Shown here: positions 47,178 to 57,727 of the stretch, piece after piece
How positions within the stretch are numbered: the first letter of the stretch is position 1
Layout of the letters: every line of letters starts with the position of its first letter
NCBI GenBank assembly: GCA_963805625.1
Contig: CAWDVE010000021.1
Coordinates: forward strand, 64,001-128,000
Direction of reading: 5' to 3'
DNA from: an uncultured Candidatus Rokubacteria bacterium
GTDB lineage: Bacteria > Methylomirabilota > Methylomirabilia > Rokubacteriales > DASRDR01
DNA: 64,000 nt
The notes under the pieces: generated by a model
The model's database searches: none
What the model was told of the DNA's origin: nothing
What the model saw: only the letters and a program-made list of their open reading frames with translations
Made by a program: the position numbers and the translations under genes

Positions 47178-48487
47178 GCCTCGGGGCCACCTTCGGCATC
47201 GTCCTACTGTGCCTGCTCGCCTCGGCGTTCTTCTCCAGCGCCGAGATCGCCTTCCTGGCCGCCAACCGGGTGCGACTCCGCCACCTGGCCGAGCAGGGGT
47301 CGCGCGTGGCGCGCGGGTATATGGCGGCGTTCCAGCAGCCGGAGCGGCTGCTGTCCACGGCGATGATGGGAGTGACGATCGCCCACGTGGTCTCCTCGGC
47401 GGTCGCGACCGCGGCCCTCCTCTACTGGGTCGGCGGCCAGGCCTCCCTGTGGGCCACGGTGATCCTCACGCCGCTGATGCTGGTGTTCGGTGAGATCCTC
47501 CCGAAGGCGCTGACCCAGCCCCGCGCCACCGAGGTGGCCGTCCGCACCTTCGACCCGCTCCGGGCCGTCGCCTGGCTCCTTGCCCCGATCGTGGGCATCG
47601 CGAATCTGCTCGTCCGCGCGATGCTGCGAGGTCTCGGGCACGGGGAGCGCCGGGATCCGTTCGTCTCCCGGGCCGACCTTCGCCTCCTCGTGGAACGCGA
47701 GCCGGAGGGGACGACCGACGTCCGCGAGGAAGAACGGGAGATGATCGAGGGGATCTTCGATCTCGTCGAGACGTCTGCGCGCGAGGTCATGGTCCCGCTG
47801 GTGGACGTGGTGGCGGTCCCCGAGGACGCGAGCATCGACGACGCGGTGGCGCTGGTGCGGGAGAGCGGGCACTCCCGGCTCCCCGTCTATCAGGAGCGCA
47901 TCGACAACGTCGTGGGGGTGGTCGCCGCGCTCGACATCCTGGGCCGAGGCGCGGCCGGCGAAACGATCCGGACTCTCATGCGCCCGGCGCACTACATCCC
48001 CGCCACCAAGCGGATCAGCGATCTTCTGCCGGAGATGCAGCGCCGGCGGATCCAGCTTGCCGTCGTGGTGGACGAGTACGGCGCCAGCCAGGGCATCGTG
48101 ACCGTCGGAGACATCATCGAGGAGATCGTGGGAGCGATCCCGGACGACCGCGAGCGGACGCCCTCCCAGCTCGTCCGGCTACCCGACGGAAGCTACCTCG
48201 TGGCCGGGCGCATGTGGATCGAGGAGGTTAACGAGGCGCTAGACTGGAGCCTCCCGACCAAGAAGGACTACGAGACGGTGGCAGGGCTGATCCTCGCCTC
48301 CCTCGGGCGCATCCCCCGGCCGGGGGAGCAGGTGACCATCGGCGGCTACGAGCTCGCGGTGGTGGACGCCGACGAGCGACGCATTCTCAAGGTGAAGATC
48401 CGGGGGCGCGAGCGGGCAGCCGACGCCGCCCCCGCCCGACCGCCCACGCAGCCGCCCACACAGCCGCAAGGAGGGCACTCAGCATGA
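47174..48487 (+). CDS. CNNM/HlyC-CorC family protein (second paralogue)
   Basis: SAFFSSAE, FGEILPK, HSRLPVY, VDEYG, ETVAG. Confidence 0.9.
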   Translation: MSLGATFGIVLLCLLASAFFSSAEIAFLAANRVRLRHLAEQGSRVARGYMAAFQQPERLLSTAMMGVTIAHVVSSAVATAALLYWVGGQASLWATVILTPLMLVFGEILPKALTQPRATEVAVRTFDPLRAVAWLLAPIVGIANLLVRAMLRGLGHGERRDPFVSRADLRLLVEREPEGTTDVREEEREMIEGIFDLVETSAREVMVPLVDVVAVPEDASIDDAVALVRESGHSRLPVYQERIDNVVGVVAALDILGRGAAGETIRTLMRPAHYIPATKRISDLLPEMQRRRIQLAVVVDEYGASQGIVTVGDIIEEIVGAIPDDRERTPSQLVRLPDGSYLVAGRMWIEEVNEALDWSLPTKKDYETVAGLILASLGRIPRPGEQVTIGGYELAVVDADERRILKVKIRGRERAADAAPARPPTQPPTQPQGGHSA

Positions 48488-49158
48488 CCGGCAGCATGGT
48501 GACGTTTCCCGCGAACGGGGCCACGACGTCGGGGTATCTCGCCACGCCGAAGAGCGGCGCGGGGCCGGGCGTCCTCGTGATCCAGGAGTGGTGGGGGCTC
48601 GTCCCCCATATCAAGCACGTCTGCGATCGCTTCGCGGCCGAAGGCTTCGTGGCGCTCGCGCCCGACATGTACCACGGGCAGACCGCCAGCGAGCCCGACA
48701 CCGCCGGGAAGCTCTTCATGGCGCTCAACATCGCCCGCGCCGAGAAGGACCTTCGCGGCGCCGCGACGTACCTCCTCACCCGCTCCTCCGCGAAGAAGGT
48801 CGGGGCGGTGGGATTTTGCATGGGCGGCCAGCTCGCGCTCTTCGCGGCGACGCTCAATCCCGCGGTCGGGGCGTGCGTGAACTTCTACGGCATCCACCCG
48901 AACGTCAAGCCCGACTACGCGAAGCTGGCCGGGCCCGTGCTCGGGCTCTACGCCGAGCGGGACGGCTTCGTGACGCCCACGGTCGCGCGGCAGGTCGACG
49001 CCGACATCAAGAAGGCTGGCAAGTCGTCCGAGATCCACGTCTACCCAGGGGTCGACCACGCGTTCTTCAACGACGAGCGCGCCGACGTCTACGATCGGGC
49101 CGCCGCCGAGGACGCCTGGCGGCGGACGCTCACCTTCTTCCGCCACCACCTCCGGTAG
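48484..49158 (+). CDS. Dienelactone hydrolase family protein
   Basis: QEWWGL, GFCMGG, HAFFN. Confidence 0.92.
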   Translation: MTGSMVTFPANGATTSGYLATPKSGAGPGVLVIQEWWGLVPHIKHVCDRFAAEGFVALAPDMYHGQTASEPDTAGKLFMALNIARAEKDLRGAATYLLTRSSAKKVGAVGFCMGGQLALFAATLNPAVGACVNFYGIHPNVKPDYAKLAGPVLGLYAERDGFVTPTVARQVDADIKKAGKSSEIHVYPGVDHAFFNDERADVYDRAAAEDAWRRTLTFFRHHLR

Positions 49159-49234
49159 CCGGCACCCCGCGCCGGACGCCACCCGAAACGCCGCAGGTAG
49201 CGGAGCGCGGGACCGTCCCGGTCGGCGACGATGC

Positions 49235-49696
49235 CTAGCCGCGTCCCGCGGCGGCGGCCGCCTTCCGCGCCTTCTTCGCTTCTTTGCCCTTGGGCTCGGT
49301 GGACTTCTTGCCCTTGTCGGCCTTTTCCTTGGGAGCCGCGGGCCGGTCGACCAACTCCAGGATCGCCACCGGGGCGGCGTCGCCGCGGCGCGTCCCCAGC
49401 TGGAGGATCCGGGTGTACCCGCCCCGCCGGTCCGCGTAGCGGGCGCCGACCGTGTCGAAGAGCCGGCGCACGACCACCACGTCCGGCACCAGGGTGAGCG
49501 CCTGCCGTCGCGCGTGGAGGGTGTCCTCCTTCGCGAGGGTGACCAGGTGGTCCGCCAACGGTCGGACCGCTTTCGCCTTGGCCAGCGTGGTCGTAATCCG
49601 CTCGTGGGTGAACAGCGCCGCCAGGAGGTTCCGGAACAGGGCCCAGCGGTGAGCCGTCAGCCGGCCCAGCTTGGAGCCGCCGCGCTTGTGTCTCAT
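49235..49696 (-). CDS. rplQ: 50S ribosomal protein L17
   Basis: MRHKR..KLGR..HR, GGYTRI, RRGDAA. Confidence 0.97.
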   Translation of the reverse strand: MRHKRGGSKLGRLTAHRWALFRNLLAALFTHERITTTLAKAKAVRPLADHLVTLAKEDTLHARRQALTLVPDVVVVRRLFDTVGARYADRRGGYTRILQLGTRRGDAAPVAILELVDRPAAPKEKADKGKKSTEPKGKEAKKARKAAAAAGRG

Positions 49697-50442
49697 GCGT
49701 CCCTCGTGGCCTCCACGGAGGCCGGGGTCGCCGTCGGCTCGTCGTCCTCCTCCTCCGCGCCCGCGGGCGTGAACAGGTCGAAGTGGTCGCGGAGAAGCTT
49801 CGACGCCTGGAGGAAGGCATGGTCCGGCCCGATGCTACCGTCCGTCGCGATCTCGACCACAAGCTTCTCGTAGTCGGTGATGTTACCGAGCCGCGACATC
49901 TCGACGTGGTAGTTCACGCGCCGGATCGGCGAGAACGCCGCGTCGAGGCCGATCGCCCCGGACGGGATTGCATCCCCGTGCCGGTCGGCGGAGACGTACC
50001 CCCGGCCGGCGCGGATGCCGATGTCCAGCGTGAGCTTCCCTCCGGCCGCCACGGTGGCGAGGTGCAGGTCGGGCGTCACCACCCCGATGCCCTCCCCGGT
50101 GAAGTCGGCACCGGTCGCGGCCCGCGGCCCCCGCACCTCGAGGTGAGCGCTCCCCGTCTCGGCGTTGCCGGCAAGCCGCACCACCATCTTCTTCAGGTTG
50201 AGCAAGAGGTGCGCGAGATCCTCCTCGACCCCGGAGATGCGCTCGGCCCCGGCGCTCACCCCGGCGACCTTGACCCACACCGGGGCGGTCCCCGGAATCG
50301 CCGAGAGCAGCACCCGGCGGAGCGAGCCGCCGACCGTCAGTGCGTAGCCCTTCTCGAACGGCTCGGCCGTCATGCGGCCAAAAGTCGCCGTCAAGTCTTC
50401 CCATTCAATGCGACGTGGACGTTGGAACATCAACCGCGGCAT
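49693..50442 (-). CDS. rpoA: RNA polymerase alpha subunit, NTD only (no alpha-CTD), divergent
   Basis: Lies between rpsD and rplQ; EPFEKGY..SLRRVLLS, GRGYV, DAAFSP, TDYEKL, TDGS; only 249 aa. Confidence 0.9.
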   Translation of the reverse strand: MPRLMFQRPRRIEWEDLTATFGRMTAEPFEKGYALTVGGSLRRVLLSAIPGTAPVWVKVAGVSAGAERISGVEEDLAHLLLNLKKMVVRLAGNAETGSAHLEVRGPRAATGADFTGEGIGVVTPDLHLATVAAGGKLTLDIGIRAGRGYVSADRHGDAIPSGAIGLDAAFSPIRRVNYHVEMSRLGNITDYEKLVVEIATDGSIGPDHAFLQASKLLRDHFDLFTPAGAEEEDDEPTATPASVEATRDA

Positions 50443-50455
50443 GCGCCCGCCCCTC

Positions 50456-51079
50456 TTACTTCGAGTACAGCTCGACGATGAGCTGCTCTTGCACCGGAAT
50501 CTGGATGTCGTCGCGGAGCGGCAGGCTCCGGACGGTCCCCGACTTTCCGGGGGCCGCCAGCTCGAGCCACTGGGGCACGTGGCCCCGACCGGCCGACAGG
50601 TTGTCGGCCACCCGCTCCTGGAGCTTCGAGGTCGTCCGCAGCTGCACCTGGTCGCCCACGCGCACCAGGAACGACGGGACCGACACGCGGCGCCCGCTCA
50701 CCTGGAAATGACCGTGCGCCACCATCTGACGCGCCTCCGCCCGGGAGGCGGCGAAGCCCAGCCGGAAGACCACGTTGTCGAGCCGTCGCTCGAGCAGCCG
50801 CAGCAGGTTCTCGCCCGTCACGCCCTTCTGGCCGTCCGCCTGGGCGAAGTAGCGCCGGAACTGACCCTCGAGCAGGCCGTAGATGCGCTTGGCCTTCTGC
50901 TTCTCACGCAGCTGCTGCCCGTAGGCCGACTGCTTGGACCGGCCCAGGCCATGCTGGCCCGGCGGGTAGTTGCGGCGCTCGATGGCGCACTTGTCCGTGA
51001 AGCAGCGGGAGCCCTTCAGGAAGAGCTTCAGTCCCTCCCGCCGGCACAGGCGGCAGACCGCATCGTTGTACCTTGCCAA
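50456..51079 (-). CDS. rpsD: 30S ribosomal protein S4 (zinc-binding type)
   Basis: [27 protein letters not shown]. Confidence 0.97.
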   Translation of the reverse strand: MARYNDAVCRLCRREGLKLFLKGSRCFTDKCAIERRNYPPGQHGLGRSKQSAYGQQLREKQKAKRIYGLLEGQFRRYFAQADGQKGVTGENLLRLLERRLDNVVFRLGFAASRAEARQMVAHGHFQVSGRRVSVPSFLVRVGDQVQLRTTSKLQERVADNLSAGRGHVPQWLELAAPGKSGTVRSLPLRDDIQIPVQEQLIVELYSK

Positions 51080-51094
51080 CTCCTATCCTCCTCG

Positions 51095-51499
51095 TTACAC
51101 CCGGCGGCGCTTGGGCGGCCGGCAGCCGTCGTGCGGGATCGGCGTGACGTCGTGGATCGCCGTGATCTCCAGGCCCACCGCCTGGAGCGAGCGGATCGCT
51201 GCTTCCCGGCCCGCGCCGGGGCCCTTCACGTAGACCTCGACCTGCTTGAGTCCGATCTCCATCGCCTTCCGCGCCGCCGACTCGGCTGCCATCTGCGCGG
51301 CGAACGGGGTGCTCTTGCGGGAGCCCTTGAAGCCCACGCTCCCCGCGCTCGCCCACGCCACCACTCCGCCCATCTTGTCCGTGAGCGTCACGACCGTGTT
51401 GTTGAAGGTCGCCTGCACGTGCGCGATACCCGTGCGGACCTCCCGTCGTTCCTTCCGCTTCCCGCTCTTGCGCGGCTTGCCGGTCCCCGCCTCAGCCAT
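51095..51499 (-). CDS. rpsK: 30S ribosomal protein S11
   Basis: [23 protein letters not shown]. Confidence 0.97.
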   Translation of the reverse strand: MAEAGTGKPRKSGKRKERREVRTGIAHVQATFNNTVVTLTDKMGGVVAWASAGSVGFKGSRKSTPFAAQMAAESAARKAMEIGLKQVEVYVKGPGAGREAAIRSLQAVGLEITAIHDVTPIPHDGCRPPKRRRV

Positions 51500-51505
51500 G
51501 TCGTC

Positions 51506-51907
51506 CTACGCCTTCCCCGTCGTCGGGTTCTTGCTCGTGGCCTTCTTCCGGATGCCGACACCGCGCCGCGGGCCCTTCCGGGTTCGCGCGTTGGTGTGGG
51601 TCCGCTGCCCGCGGACGGGCAGGCCCTTTCGGTGCCGAACCCCGCGGTAGCTGCCGATGTCCATGAGCCGCTTGATGTTCATGGTGACCTCGCGCCGCAG
51701 GTCGCCCTCGACCCGCTGCTCGCGATCGATCACCTCACGGACGCGCGCGGTCTCGTCCTCGGTCCATTCCCGGACTCGGCGGTTCATATCCACGCCGGCC
51801 CGGGCCAGGATGCGACGAGCCGACGAGCGCCCGATGCCCAGGATGTACGTCAAGGAAACCTCACCCCGCTTGTCCCGAGGCAGATCCACTCCAGCCACGC
51901 GTGCCAT
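51506..51907 (-). CDS. rpsM: 30S ribosomal protein S13
   Basis: [28 protein letters not shown]. Confidence 0.97.
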   Translation of the reverse strand: MARVAGVDLPRDKRGEVSLTYILGIGRSSARRILARAGVDMNRRVREWTEDETARVREVIDREQRVEGDLRREVTMNIKRLMDIGSYRGVRHRKGLPVRGQRTHTNARTRKGPRRGVGIRKKATSKNPTTGKA

Positions 51908-51930
51908 ATGCCTGTCCTCTCCGCCGCGCG

Positions 51931-52044
51931 TCAGCCCTGGCGCTGCTTGTGGCGCGGGTTCGTGCAGATGACGCGCACGACGCCCTTGCGCCGAATCACC
52001 TTGCACTTCTCACATCGCGTCCTGACCGACGGTCGTACCTTCAT
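51931..52044 (-). CDS. rpmJ: 50S ribosomal protein L36
   Basis: Translated by hand: [37 protein letters not shown]. Confidence 0.96.
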   Translation of the reverse strand: MKVRPSVRTRCEKCKVIRRKGVVRVICTNPRHKQRQG

Positions 52045-52081
52045 CGAGTGCTCCGTCCGCTCTTCTTCACCCAGGCTCCGG

Positions 52082-52348
52082 CTACTTGAACCGGTATGTG
52101 ATCCGGCCCCGCGTCAGGTCGTAAGCCGACAGCTCGACCTTGACCCGGTCCCCGGGCAGAATCCGGATAAAGTGCATGCGCATCTTGCCCGAGACGTGCG
52201 TCAGCACACGGTGCCCATTGTCCAGCTCGACGCGAAACATGGCGTTCGGCAGGGGCTCGACCACCTTGCCTTCCACCTCGATCGCGTCGTCCTTCGGCTT
52301 CTTGCCCTCTCGCTCCTCGGGGAACTGGCCGCGCCGGCGCCTCGCCAT
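52082..52348 (-). CDS. infA: Translation initiation factor IF-1 with N-terminal extension
   Basis: [33 protein letters not shown]. Confidence 0.96.
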   Translation of the reverse strand: MARRRRGQFPEEREGKKPKDDAIEVEGKVVEPLPNAMFRVELDNGHRVLTHVSGKMRMHFIRILPGDRVKVELSAYDLTRGRITYRFK

Positions 52349-53112
52349 CAGGCCGCCTCCCTCACGTCCGCGGTAAGCACGTCCGGGCCGTGCTCCGTGA
52401 CCGCCACGGTGTGCTCGAAGTGCGCCGCCAGGCTCCCGTCCGCGGTCACCGCCGTCCACCGGTCCGCCAGCACGCGCACCTCCCAGTGCCCCATCGTGAC
52501 CATGGGCTCGAGGGCGAGCACCATGCCGACCCGGAGGAGCGGCCCCCGGCCGGGCTCCCCGAAGTTCGGCACCTGGGGGTCCTCGTGAAGCGCCCGGCCG
52601 ATGCCGTGGCCCACGAAGGCTCGCACCACCCCGAAGCCCGCTCCCTCCACGTGCTGCTGGACCGCCGCCGACACGTCACCAAGGCGCTGCCCGGGGCGGC
52701 ACTGCGCGATGGCCAGCAGGAGGGACTCCCGTGTCACCTCCAGGAGGCGGCGGACCTCGTCGGTGACCTCGCCGACCGGCAGAGTCACCGCCGCGTCGGC
52801 GTAGTAGCCCTCCACGATCGCCCCCAGGTCGAGGCCGATGATGTCCCCCTCCCGAAGCCGGCGCCGCGCCGCGGGAATCCCGTGGACGACCTCCTCGTTG
52901 ATCGAAGCGCAGATCGTGGCCGGGAATCCCCGGTACCCCTTGAAGGCCGGCTTCGCCTTGCGGTTCCGGATCAGGGCCTCCACCTCGCGATCGATCTCGA
53001 GGGTCGAGACGCCCGGCTTCACCATATCGCGGCACACTCGGAAGGCGTCCGCCAGGATCCGGCCGGCCTCCCGCATGTGGGCAATCTGGGTAGGCGACTT
53101 CAGCTCGATCAC
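52348..53112 (-). CDS. map: Methionine aminopeptidase type I
   Basis: [26 protein letters not shown]. Confidence 0.96.
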   Translation of the reverse strand: MIELKSPTQIAHMREAGRILADAFRVCRDMVKPGVSTLEIDREVEALIRNRKAKPAFKGYRGFPATICASINEEVVHGIPAARRRLREGDIIGLDLGAIVEGYYADAAVTLPVGEVTDEVRRLLEVTRESLLLAIAQCRPGQRLGDVSAAVQQHVEGAGFGVVRAFVGHGIGRALHEDPQVPNFGEPGRGPLLRVGMVLALEPMVTMGHWEVRVLADRWTAVTADGSLAAHFEHTVAVTEHGPDVLTADVREAA

Positions 53113-53759
53113 CGCGGGCCCTCGGTCGCCTTGACGAGGTCGGCGTGGACTGTATCCATCGGTCCGGCGCCGGAGATCGTCGTCAGGAGGCCGCGCCGCC
53201 GGTAGTACTCGACGAGGGGCCGGGTGTCCCGGGCGTACACGGCGAGCCGCCGCCGGACGGTGGCTTCCTCGTCGTCCGTCCGCTGGTAAAGCTCCCCGCC
53301 ACAGTGGTCGCAGCGGCCCGCCACGTGGGGCGCCGAGAGCGTGATGTGGTAGTTCCGGCCGCAGCTCCGGCAGACCCGACGCCCGCTGAGCCGCGCCACC
53401 GGCTCCTCGTCCGCGACCTGGAAAAGCACCACCCGGTCGAGCGGCGTCCCCTCGGCCTCGAGCAGCTGGTCGAGCGCCTCCGCCTGCGCCGCCGTCCGCG
53501 GGAAGCCATCCAGGACGAACCCCTTCCGGCCGTCCGGCTGGGCCAGCCGTTCGCGGACGAGTCCGATGATCACCGCGTCGGGGACCAGTTCGCCCGCATC
53601 CATGTAGCGTCGCGCCTCGAGCCCGAGCCGCGTGCCCTTGGCGACCGCCTCCCGCAGCATGTCCCCGGTCGCGACCTGCGGCACGCTCCAGCGCGTGGCG
53701 AGCCGACGCGCCTGCGTCCCCTTCCCTGCCCCTGGCGGCCCCAGCAGCACGACCCGCAT
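53109..53759 (-). CDS. adk: Adenylate kinase (zinc-lid type)
   Basis: GPPGAGKGT, LDGFPRT, CRSC..CDHC. Confidence 0.96.
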   Translation of the reverse strand: MRVVLLGPPGAGKGTQARRLATRWSVPQVATGDMLREAVAKGTRLGLEARRYMDAGELVPDAVIIGLVRERLAQPDGRKGFVLDGFPRTAAQAEALDQLLEAEGTPLDRVVLFQVADEEPVARLSGRRVCRSCGRNYHITLSAPHVAGRCDHCGGELYQRTDDEEATVRRRLAVYARDTRPLVEYYRRRGLLTTISGAGPMDTVHADLVKATEGPR

Positions 53760-53760
53760 C

Positions 53761-55083
53761 TCAGGCACGGACCTTCGTGCGGCGACGCAGGAAGCCCTCG
53801 TAGTGCCGCATCAGGAGGTGCGACTCCATCTGCCGCACCGTGTCGAGAGCGACGCCCACGACGATCAGGAGGCTCGTGCCCCCGAAGTAGAAGGGCACGT
53901 TGAACGCCCGGATCAGGAAGTCCGGCAACACGGAGATCAGGGCGAGAAACATCGCGCCGGGCAGCGTGATCCGCGTGAGGACCCGGTCGATGAACTCGGC
54001 CGTCTTCTTGCCGGGCCGCACCCCTGGGATGAATCCGCCGTACTTCTTCATGTTGTCCGCGAGATCGTTCGGATTGAAGATGATGGCGGTGTAGAAGTAC
54101 GTGAAGAAGACGATGAAGCCCATGTAGAGGATGTAGTAGAGCCCGTGGCGCGGGAGCGGCCCCGGGGACAGCGCGTCGGACACCACCTGCATCCACCAGG
54201 TGGGAATGAATCGCGCCAGCGTCGCCGGGAACAGGATCAGCGACGAGGCAAAAATCACCGGAATCACACCGGCCGTGTTGATCCGGAGCGGGATGTGGGT
54301 CGACTGCCCCCCATACACCCGCCGGCCGACGACCCGCTTGGCGTACTGGACCTGGATTTTTCGCTGCCCCTCCTGCATGACGATGACCGCCGCGGTCACC
54401 GCGAGCATGAGCGCGACGACCCCGAGGAGCGCGAGGGGCTTCATCTCCCCCGTCCGCAGCAGCTGGTAGGTCCCTTCCAGGGCCGAGGGCAGCCGCACCA
54501 CGATGCCGGCAAAAATGATCAGCGAGATGCCGTTCCCGATCCCCTTCTCGGAGATCTGCTCGCCGAGCCACATGATCAGCGCGGTCCCCGACGTCAGGGT
54601 CATCATCGTGATCAGGCGGAAGGCCCAGCCCTTGTTCGGCACCAGGGTGGCCCCGCCCGCGTCCATGCTCTCGAGCCCGATGGCGATGAACAGGGACTGG
54701 AACGCCGAGAGCACGATGGTGCCGTAGCGCGTGTACTGGGTGATCTTCTTGCGACCCGCCTCCCCTTCCTTGGCCAGCCGCTCCAGCGCCGGCACGACGA
54801 CCGTCAGGAGCTGGAGGATGATCGAGGCGGAGATGTAGGGCATGATCCCGAGTGCGAACACCGTGAGGCTGCGGAGGTTGCCGCCCGAGAAGAGGTCGAC
54901 CAGTCCCAGCAGGGTTCCCTGGACGCTGTCGAAGAACCGCGAGAGCGCCGCCGCGTCCACGCCCGGGGTGGGTACGTGCGCGCCGAGCCGGTACGCGGCC
55001 AAGAGTCCGGCCGTCACCAGGAGCCGGCGCTTGAGCTCCGGGATCTTGGTGACGTTCTGGAGGTTCTGGAGGATCTCGATCAC
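53761..55083 (-). CDS. secY: Preprotein translocase SecY
   Basis: LGIMPYISASII, GIGNGISLIIF, GGTSLLIVVGV. Confidence 0.97.
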   Translation of the reverse strand: MIEILQNLQNVTKIPELKRRLLVTAGLLAAYRLGAHVPTPGVDAAALSRFFDSVQGTLLGLVDLFSGGNLRSLTVFALGIMPYISASIILQLLTVVVPALERLAKEGEAGRKKITQYTRYGTIVLSAFQSLFIAIGLESMDAGGATLVPNKGWAFRLITMMTLTSGTALIMWLGEQISEKGIGNGISLIIFAGIVVRLPSALEGTYQLLRTGEMKPLALLGVVALMLAVTAAVIVMQEGQRKIQVQYAKRVVGRRVYGGQSTHIPLRINTAGVIPVIFASSLILFPATLARFIPTWWMQVVSDALSPGPLPRHGLYYILYMGFIVFFTYFYTAIIFNPNDLADNMKKYGGFIPGVRPGKKTAEFIDRVLTRITLPGAMFLALISVLPDFLIRAFNVPFYFGGTSLLIVVGVALDTVRQMESHLLMRHYEGFLRRRTKVRA

Positions 55084-55538
55084 GCCGGCAGCACCTCGGC
55101 GCGGCCGCCGGCCGCCGCGATCTTGGCCGCCGCCGCCTTCGAGAAGGCGTGGGCGCGGACGGTGAGCACAGTTCCGGCGGCGAGTTCGCCGTCGGCCAGC
55201 ACCTTGACCAGGCGACTCGCCCGCGTGGCCAGGAGCCCCGCGCCGACGAGGGCCTCGGGCCCGACGTCGCCGCCCTTCGGGAAGCACCGGGCAAGGTCGC
55301 TCACGTTGACCACCGTGAACTCGCGATGGAACGGGTTCTTGAAGCCCCGCTTGGGGATCCGCCGATAGAGCGGCATCTGCCCGCCCTCGAAGCCGGGTCC
55401 CTTGCCGCCCCCCGAGCGCGCCTTGTGCCCCTTGTGCCCCTTCGTTGAGGTCTTGCCGTGGCCCGACGCGGGGCCGCGGCCCACGCGCTTGCGCCGCTTC
55501 CGGGCCCCGCGCGGAGGCCGGAGATCGCCGAGCTTCAT
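55080..55538 (-). CDS. rplO: 50S ribosomal protein L15
   Basis: RVGRG..GKT, FEGGQMPL.RR.PKRGF. Confidence 0.97.
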   Translation of the reverse strand: MKLGDLRPPRGARKRRKRVGRGPASGHGKTSTKGHKGHKARSGGGKGPGFEGGQMPLYRRIPKRGFKNPFHREFTVVNVSDLARCFPKGGDVGPEALVGAGLLATRASRLVKVLADGELAAGTVLTVRAHAFSKAAAAKIAAAGGRAEVLPA

Positions 55539-55795
55539 GCGGAGCGCTCCTTCGACGTTGGCGATTTCGTGTCGCGATGGCTCCGCCCGGCCACCGGCGT
55601 GTCGTGGCTCTCGACAGGCTCGACCCGGACGGCGTATGGCACGCGCGCGATCATGCCCCGGATCACAGGCGTGTCGTCGTGGACCACCGTCGCGCGGATC
55701 CGGCGGAGACCGAGGGCCTGGAGCGTCCGCACGTGGCCCGGCTTCAGCCCGATCGAGCTGCGCGTGAGGGTGACCTTAAGCTTCCTGCTTGGCAA
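55535..55795 (-). CDS. rpmD: 50S ribosomal protein L30
   Basis: [21 protein letters not shown]. Confidence 0.93.
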   Translation of the reverse strand: MPSRKLKVTLTRSSIGLKPGHVRTLQALGLRRIRATVVHDDTPVIRGMIARVPYAVRVEPVESHDTPVAGRSHRDTKSPTSKERSA

Positions 55796-56306
55796 GGACG
55801 GCCTCCTCCGCTTCCTGCAGGCCCTTCCGCCGGAGCCCCTGGAGATCCTGGAGCTTCCGGATCCGCCGGAGCGCGTCCAGCGTCGCCTTCAGCACGTTGT
55901 GCGGGTTGTGCGAGCCCAGCGTCTTGGTCAGGACGTCCTGGATGCCGGCGGCCTCGAGCACCGCCCGGACCGCGCCGCCGGCGATCAGACCCGTCCCCTG
56001 TGTCGCCGGACGCAGGAACACCCGCCCCGAGCCGTAGTGGCCGGTGATCTCGCAGGGCAGCGTCGTGTCGCGGATCGGCACGTAGAGCAGGTCCTTCTTC
56101 GCGTGCTCGACAGCCTTCCGGATCGCCTCGGGCACCTCGTGCGCCTTGCCCAGGCCCACCCCCACGTGCCCCCCGCCGTCACCCACGACGACGAGCGCGG
56201 TGAAGGAGAATCGGCGCCCGCCCTTCACCACCTTGGCCACGCGGTTGATGGCGACCACCTTGTCCTTCAGCTCGAGCCCGCTCGGATCGATGCGCCCCTC
56301 CGCCAT
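55776..56306 (-). CDS. rpsE: 30S ribosomal protein S5
   Basis: [22 protein letters not shown]. Confidence 0.97.
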   Translation of the reverse strand: MAEGRIDPSGLELKDKVVAINRVAKVVKGGRRFSFTALVVVGDGGGHVGVGLGKAHEVPEAIRKAVEHAKKDLLYVPIRDTTLPCEITGHYGSGRVFLRPATQGTGLIAGGAVRAVLEAAGIQDVLTKTLGSHNPHNVLKATLDALRRIRKLQDLQGLRRKGLQEAEEAVLAKQEA

Positions 56307-56330
56307 GTGCTCTCCAGTCGTACCAGGTCG

Positions 56331-56696
56331 CTAGAACACGAGACCCGCGGCACGCGCCGCGTCCGCCAGGGCCTTCACGCGGCCGTGGTACTTGTATCCG
56401 CCGCGGTCGAACACGACCGCCGCGACTCCGCCGGCCTTGGCCTTCCGGGCGATCAGCTCACCCACCGCCTTCGCCGCCGCCACGTTGCCGCCCGAGCGCA
56501 GCGTGTCCTTGAGCTCGGGCGACAGGCTACCCGCGGCCGCGACCGTGACGCCCCGGTCGTCGTCCACCACCTGGGCGTAGATGTGCTTGACGCTCCGGAA
56601 CACCACCAGGCGAGGGCGCCCCTCCGACCCGCGCACGACGCGCCGGATGCGGCGGTGCCGATTCGCCCGACCTTCCACGCGCTCTGTCACACCCAC
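56331..56696 (-). CDS. rplR: 50S ribosomal protein L18
   Basis: [21 protein letters not shown]. Confidence 0.97.
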   Translation of the reverse strand: MGVTERVEGRANRHRRIRRVVRGSEGRPRLVVFRSVKHIYAQVVDDDRGVTVAAAGSLSPELKDTLRSGGNVAAAKAVGELIARKAKAGGVAAVVFDRGGYKYHGRVKALADAARAAGLVF

Positions 56697-56723
56697 CGTC
56701 GTCTCTCCTCGGGGAATCGCCGG

Positions 56724-57263
56724 CTACTTCGCGCCGGTCTTCCCGACCTTCTTGCGGACCACTTCGCCCGCGTACCGGACACCCTTGCCCTTGTAGGAGT
56801 CGGGCGGGCGGAGGGCCCGGAGCTGCGCGGCCGTCTGACCGACGAGATACTTGTCCACGCCGCGGAGCGTGATCGCCGTCTGCTTCTCGACCTCGGCGGT
56901 CACCCCCTCCGGCAGCGCGAACACGATCGGGTGCGAGTAGCCCAGGGCGAACGTGAGGTTGCGCCCGGCCTGCTGGACCCGGTAGCCGATCCCCTGGATC
57001 TCGAGCTTCCGCTCGAAACCCTGGGTGACGCCCTGAACCATGTTCGCGACCAGCGCACGGGTGAGCCCGTGAAGCGCCCGCGCTGACCGGCTCTCGGCCC
57101 CGCGCCCCACCACCAGCGTGCCGTCGGCGACCTTCACCGAGCAGAGCTCATGGACCTTGAGCTCGAGGCGGCCCTTGGGACCCTTGACCTCGACCTGCTG
57201 CCCCTGGACGCCCACCTGCACGCCCTTGGGGATCGCGATCGGCTTCCTGCCTATCCTCGACAT
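56724..57263 (-). CDS. rplF: 50S ribosomal protein L6
   Basis: [22 protein letters not shown]. Confidence 0.97.
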   Translation of the reverse strand: MSRIGRKPIAIPKGVQVGVQGQQVEVKGPKGRLELKVHELCSVKVADGTLVVGRGAESRSARALHGLTRALVANMVQGVTQGFERKLEIQGIGYRVQQAGRNLTFALGYSHPIVFALPEGVTAEVEKQTAITLRGVDKYLVGQTAAQLRALRPPDSYKGKGVRYAGEVVRKKVGKTGAK

Positions 57264-57303
57264 CGCCCCGTCCCTCGCCCCACACGCGGCCCCGCGGGCC
57301 GCG

Positions 57304-57705
57304 CTACCAGACGTAGCAGAGAACCTCCCCACCCACCTTGGCCTTGCGGGACTCCCGGTCCGTGAGCACGCCCTGCGGGGTGGACAGGATCGCCACGCCC
57401 ATCCCTCCGAGCACGCTCGGGATCCGGTCCGCGCCCACGTACCGTCGCCGCCCCGGCTTCGAGACACGCCGGAGCCCGCTGATCACCCGCTCCTGCCCCG
57501 GCCCGTACTTCAGGTAGATGCGCAGCACGCCCTGCCGCTTGTCCTCGATGAGGCGGAAGTTCTTGATAAACCCCTCCTCCTTGAGGATCTCCGCGAGCCG
57601 CACCCGCAGCTTCGAGGAGGGGATGTCCACCTTCTCGTGCTCGGCCAGGCTGCCGTTGCGGATTCGCGCCAGCATGTCCGCCACCGGATCCGTCACCATC
57701 GCCAT
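57304..57705 (-). CDS. rpsH: 30S ribosomal protein S8
   Basis: [28 protein letters not shown]. Confidence 0.97.
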   Translation of the reverse strand: MAMVTDPVADMLARIRNGSLAEHEKVDIPSSKLRVRLAEILKEEGFIKNFRLIEDKRQGVLRIYLKYGPGQERVISGLRRVSKPGRRRYVGADRIPSVLGGMGVAILSTPQGVLTDRESRKAKVGGEVLCYVW

Positions 57706-57727
57706 GGATCGCTCTCCCTCGGGGCGG

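Noticed and set aside
48438-48468. Short repeat encoding PPTQPPTQPQ
   Set aside because: Two copies of a low-complexity protein tail; not an array or element.
45855-48487. Tandem CNNM/HlyC paralogues as hemolysins
   Set aside because: A common pair of CBS-domain ion-homeostasis proteins; the hemolysin name has no support here.
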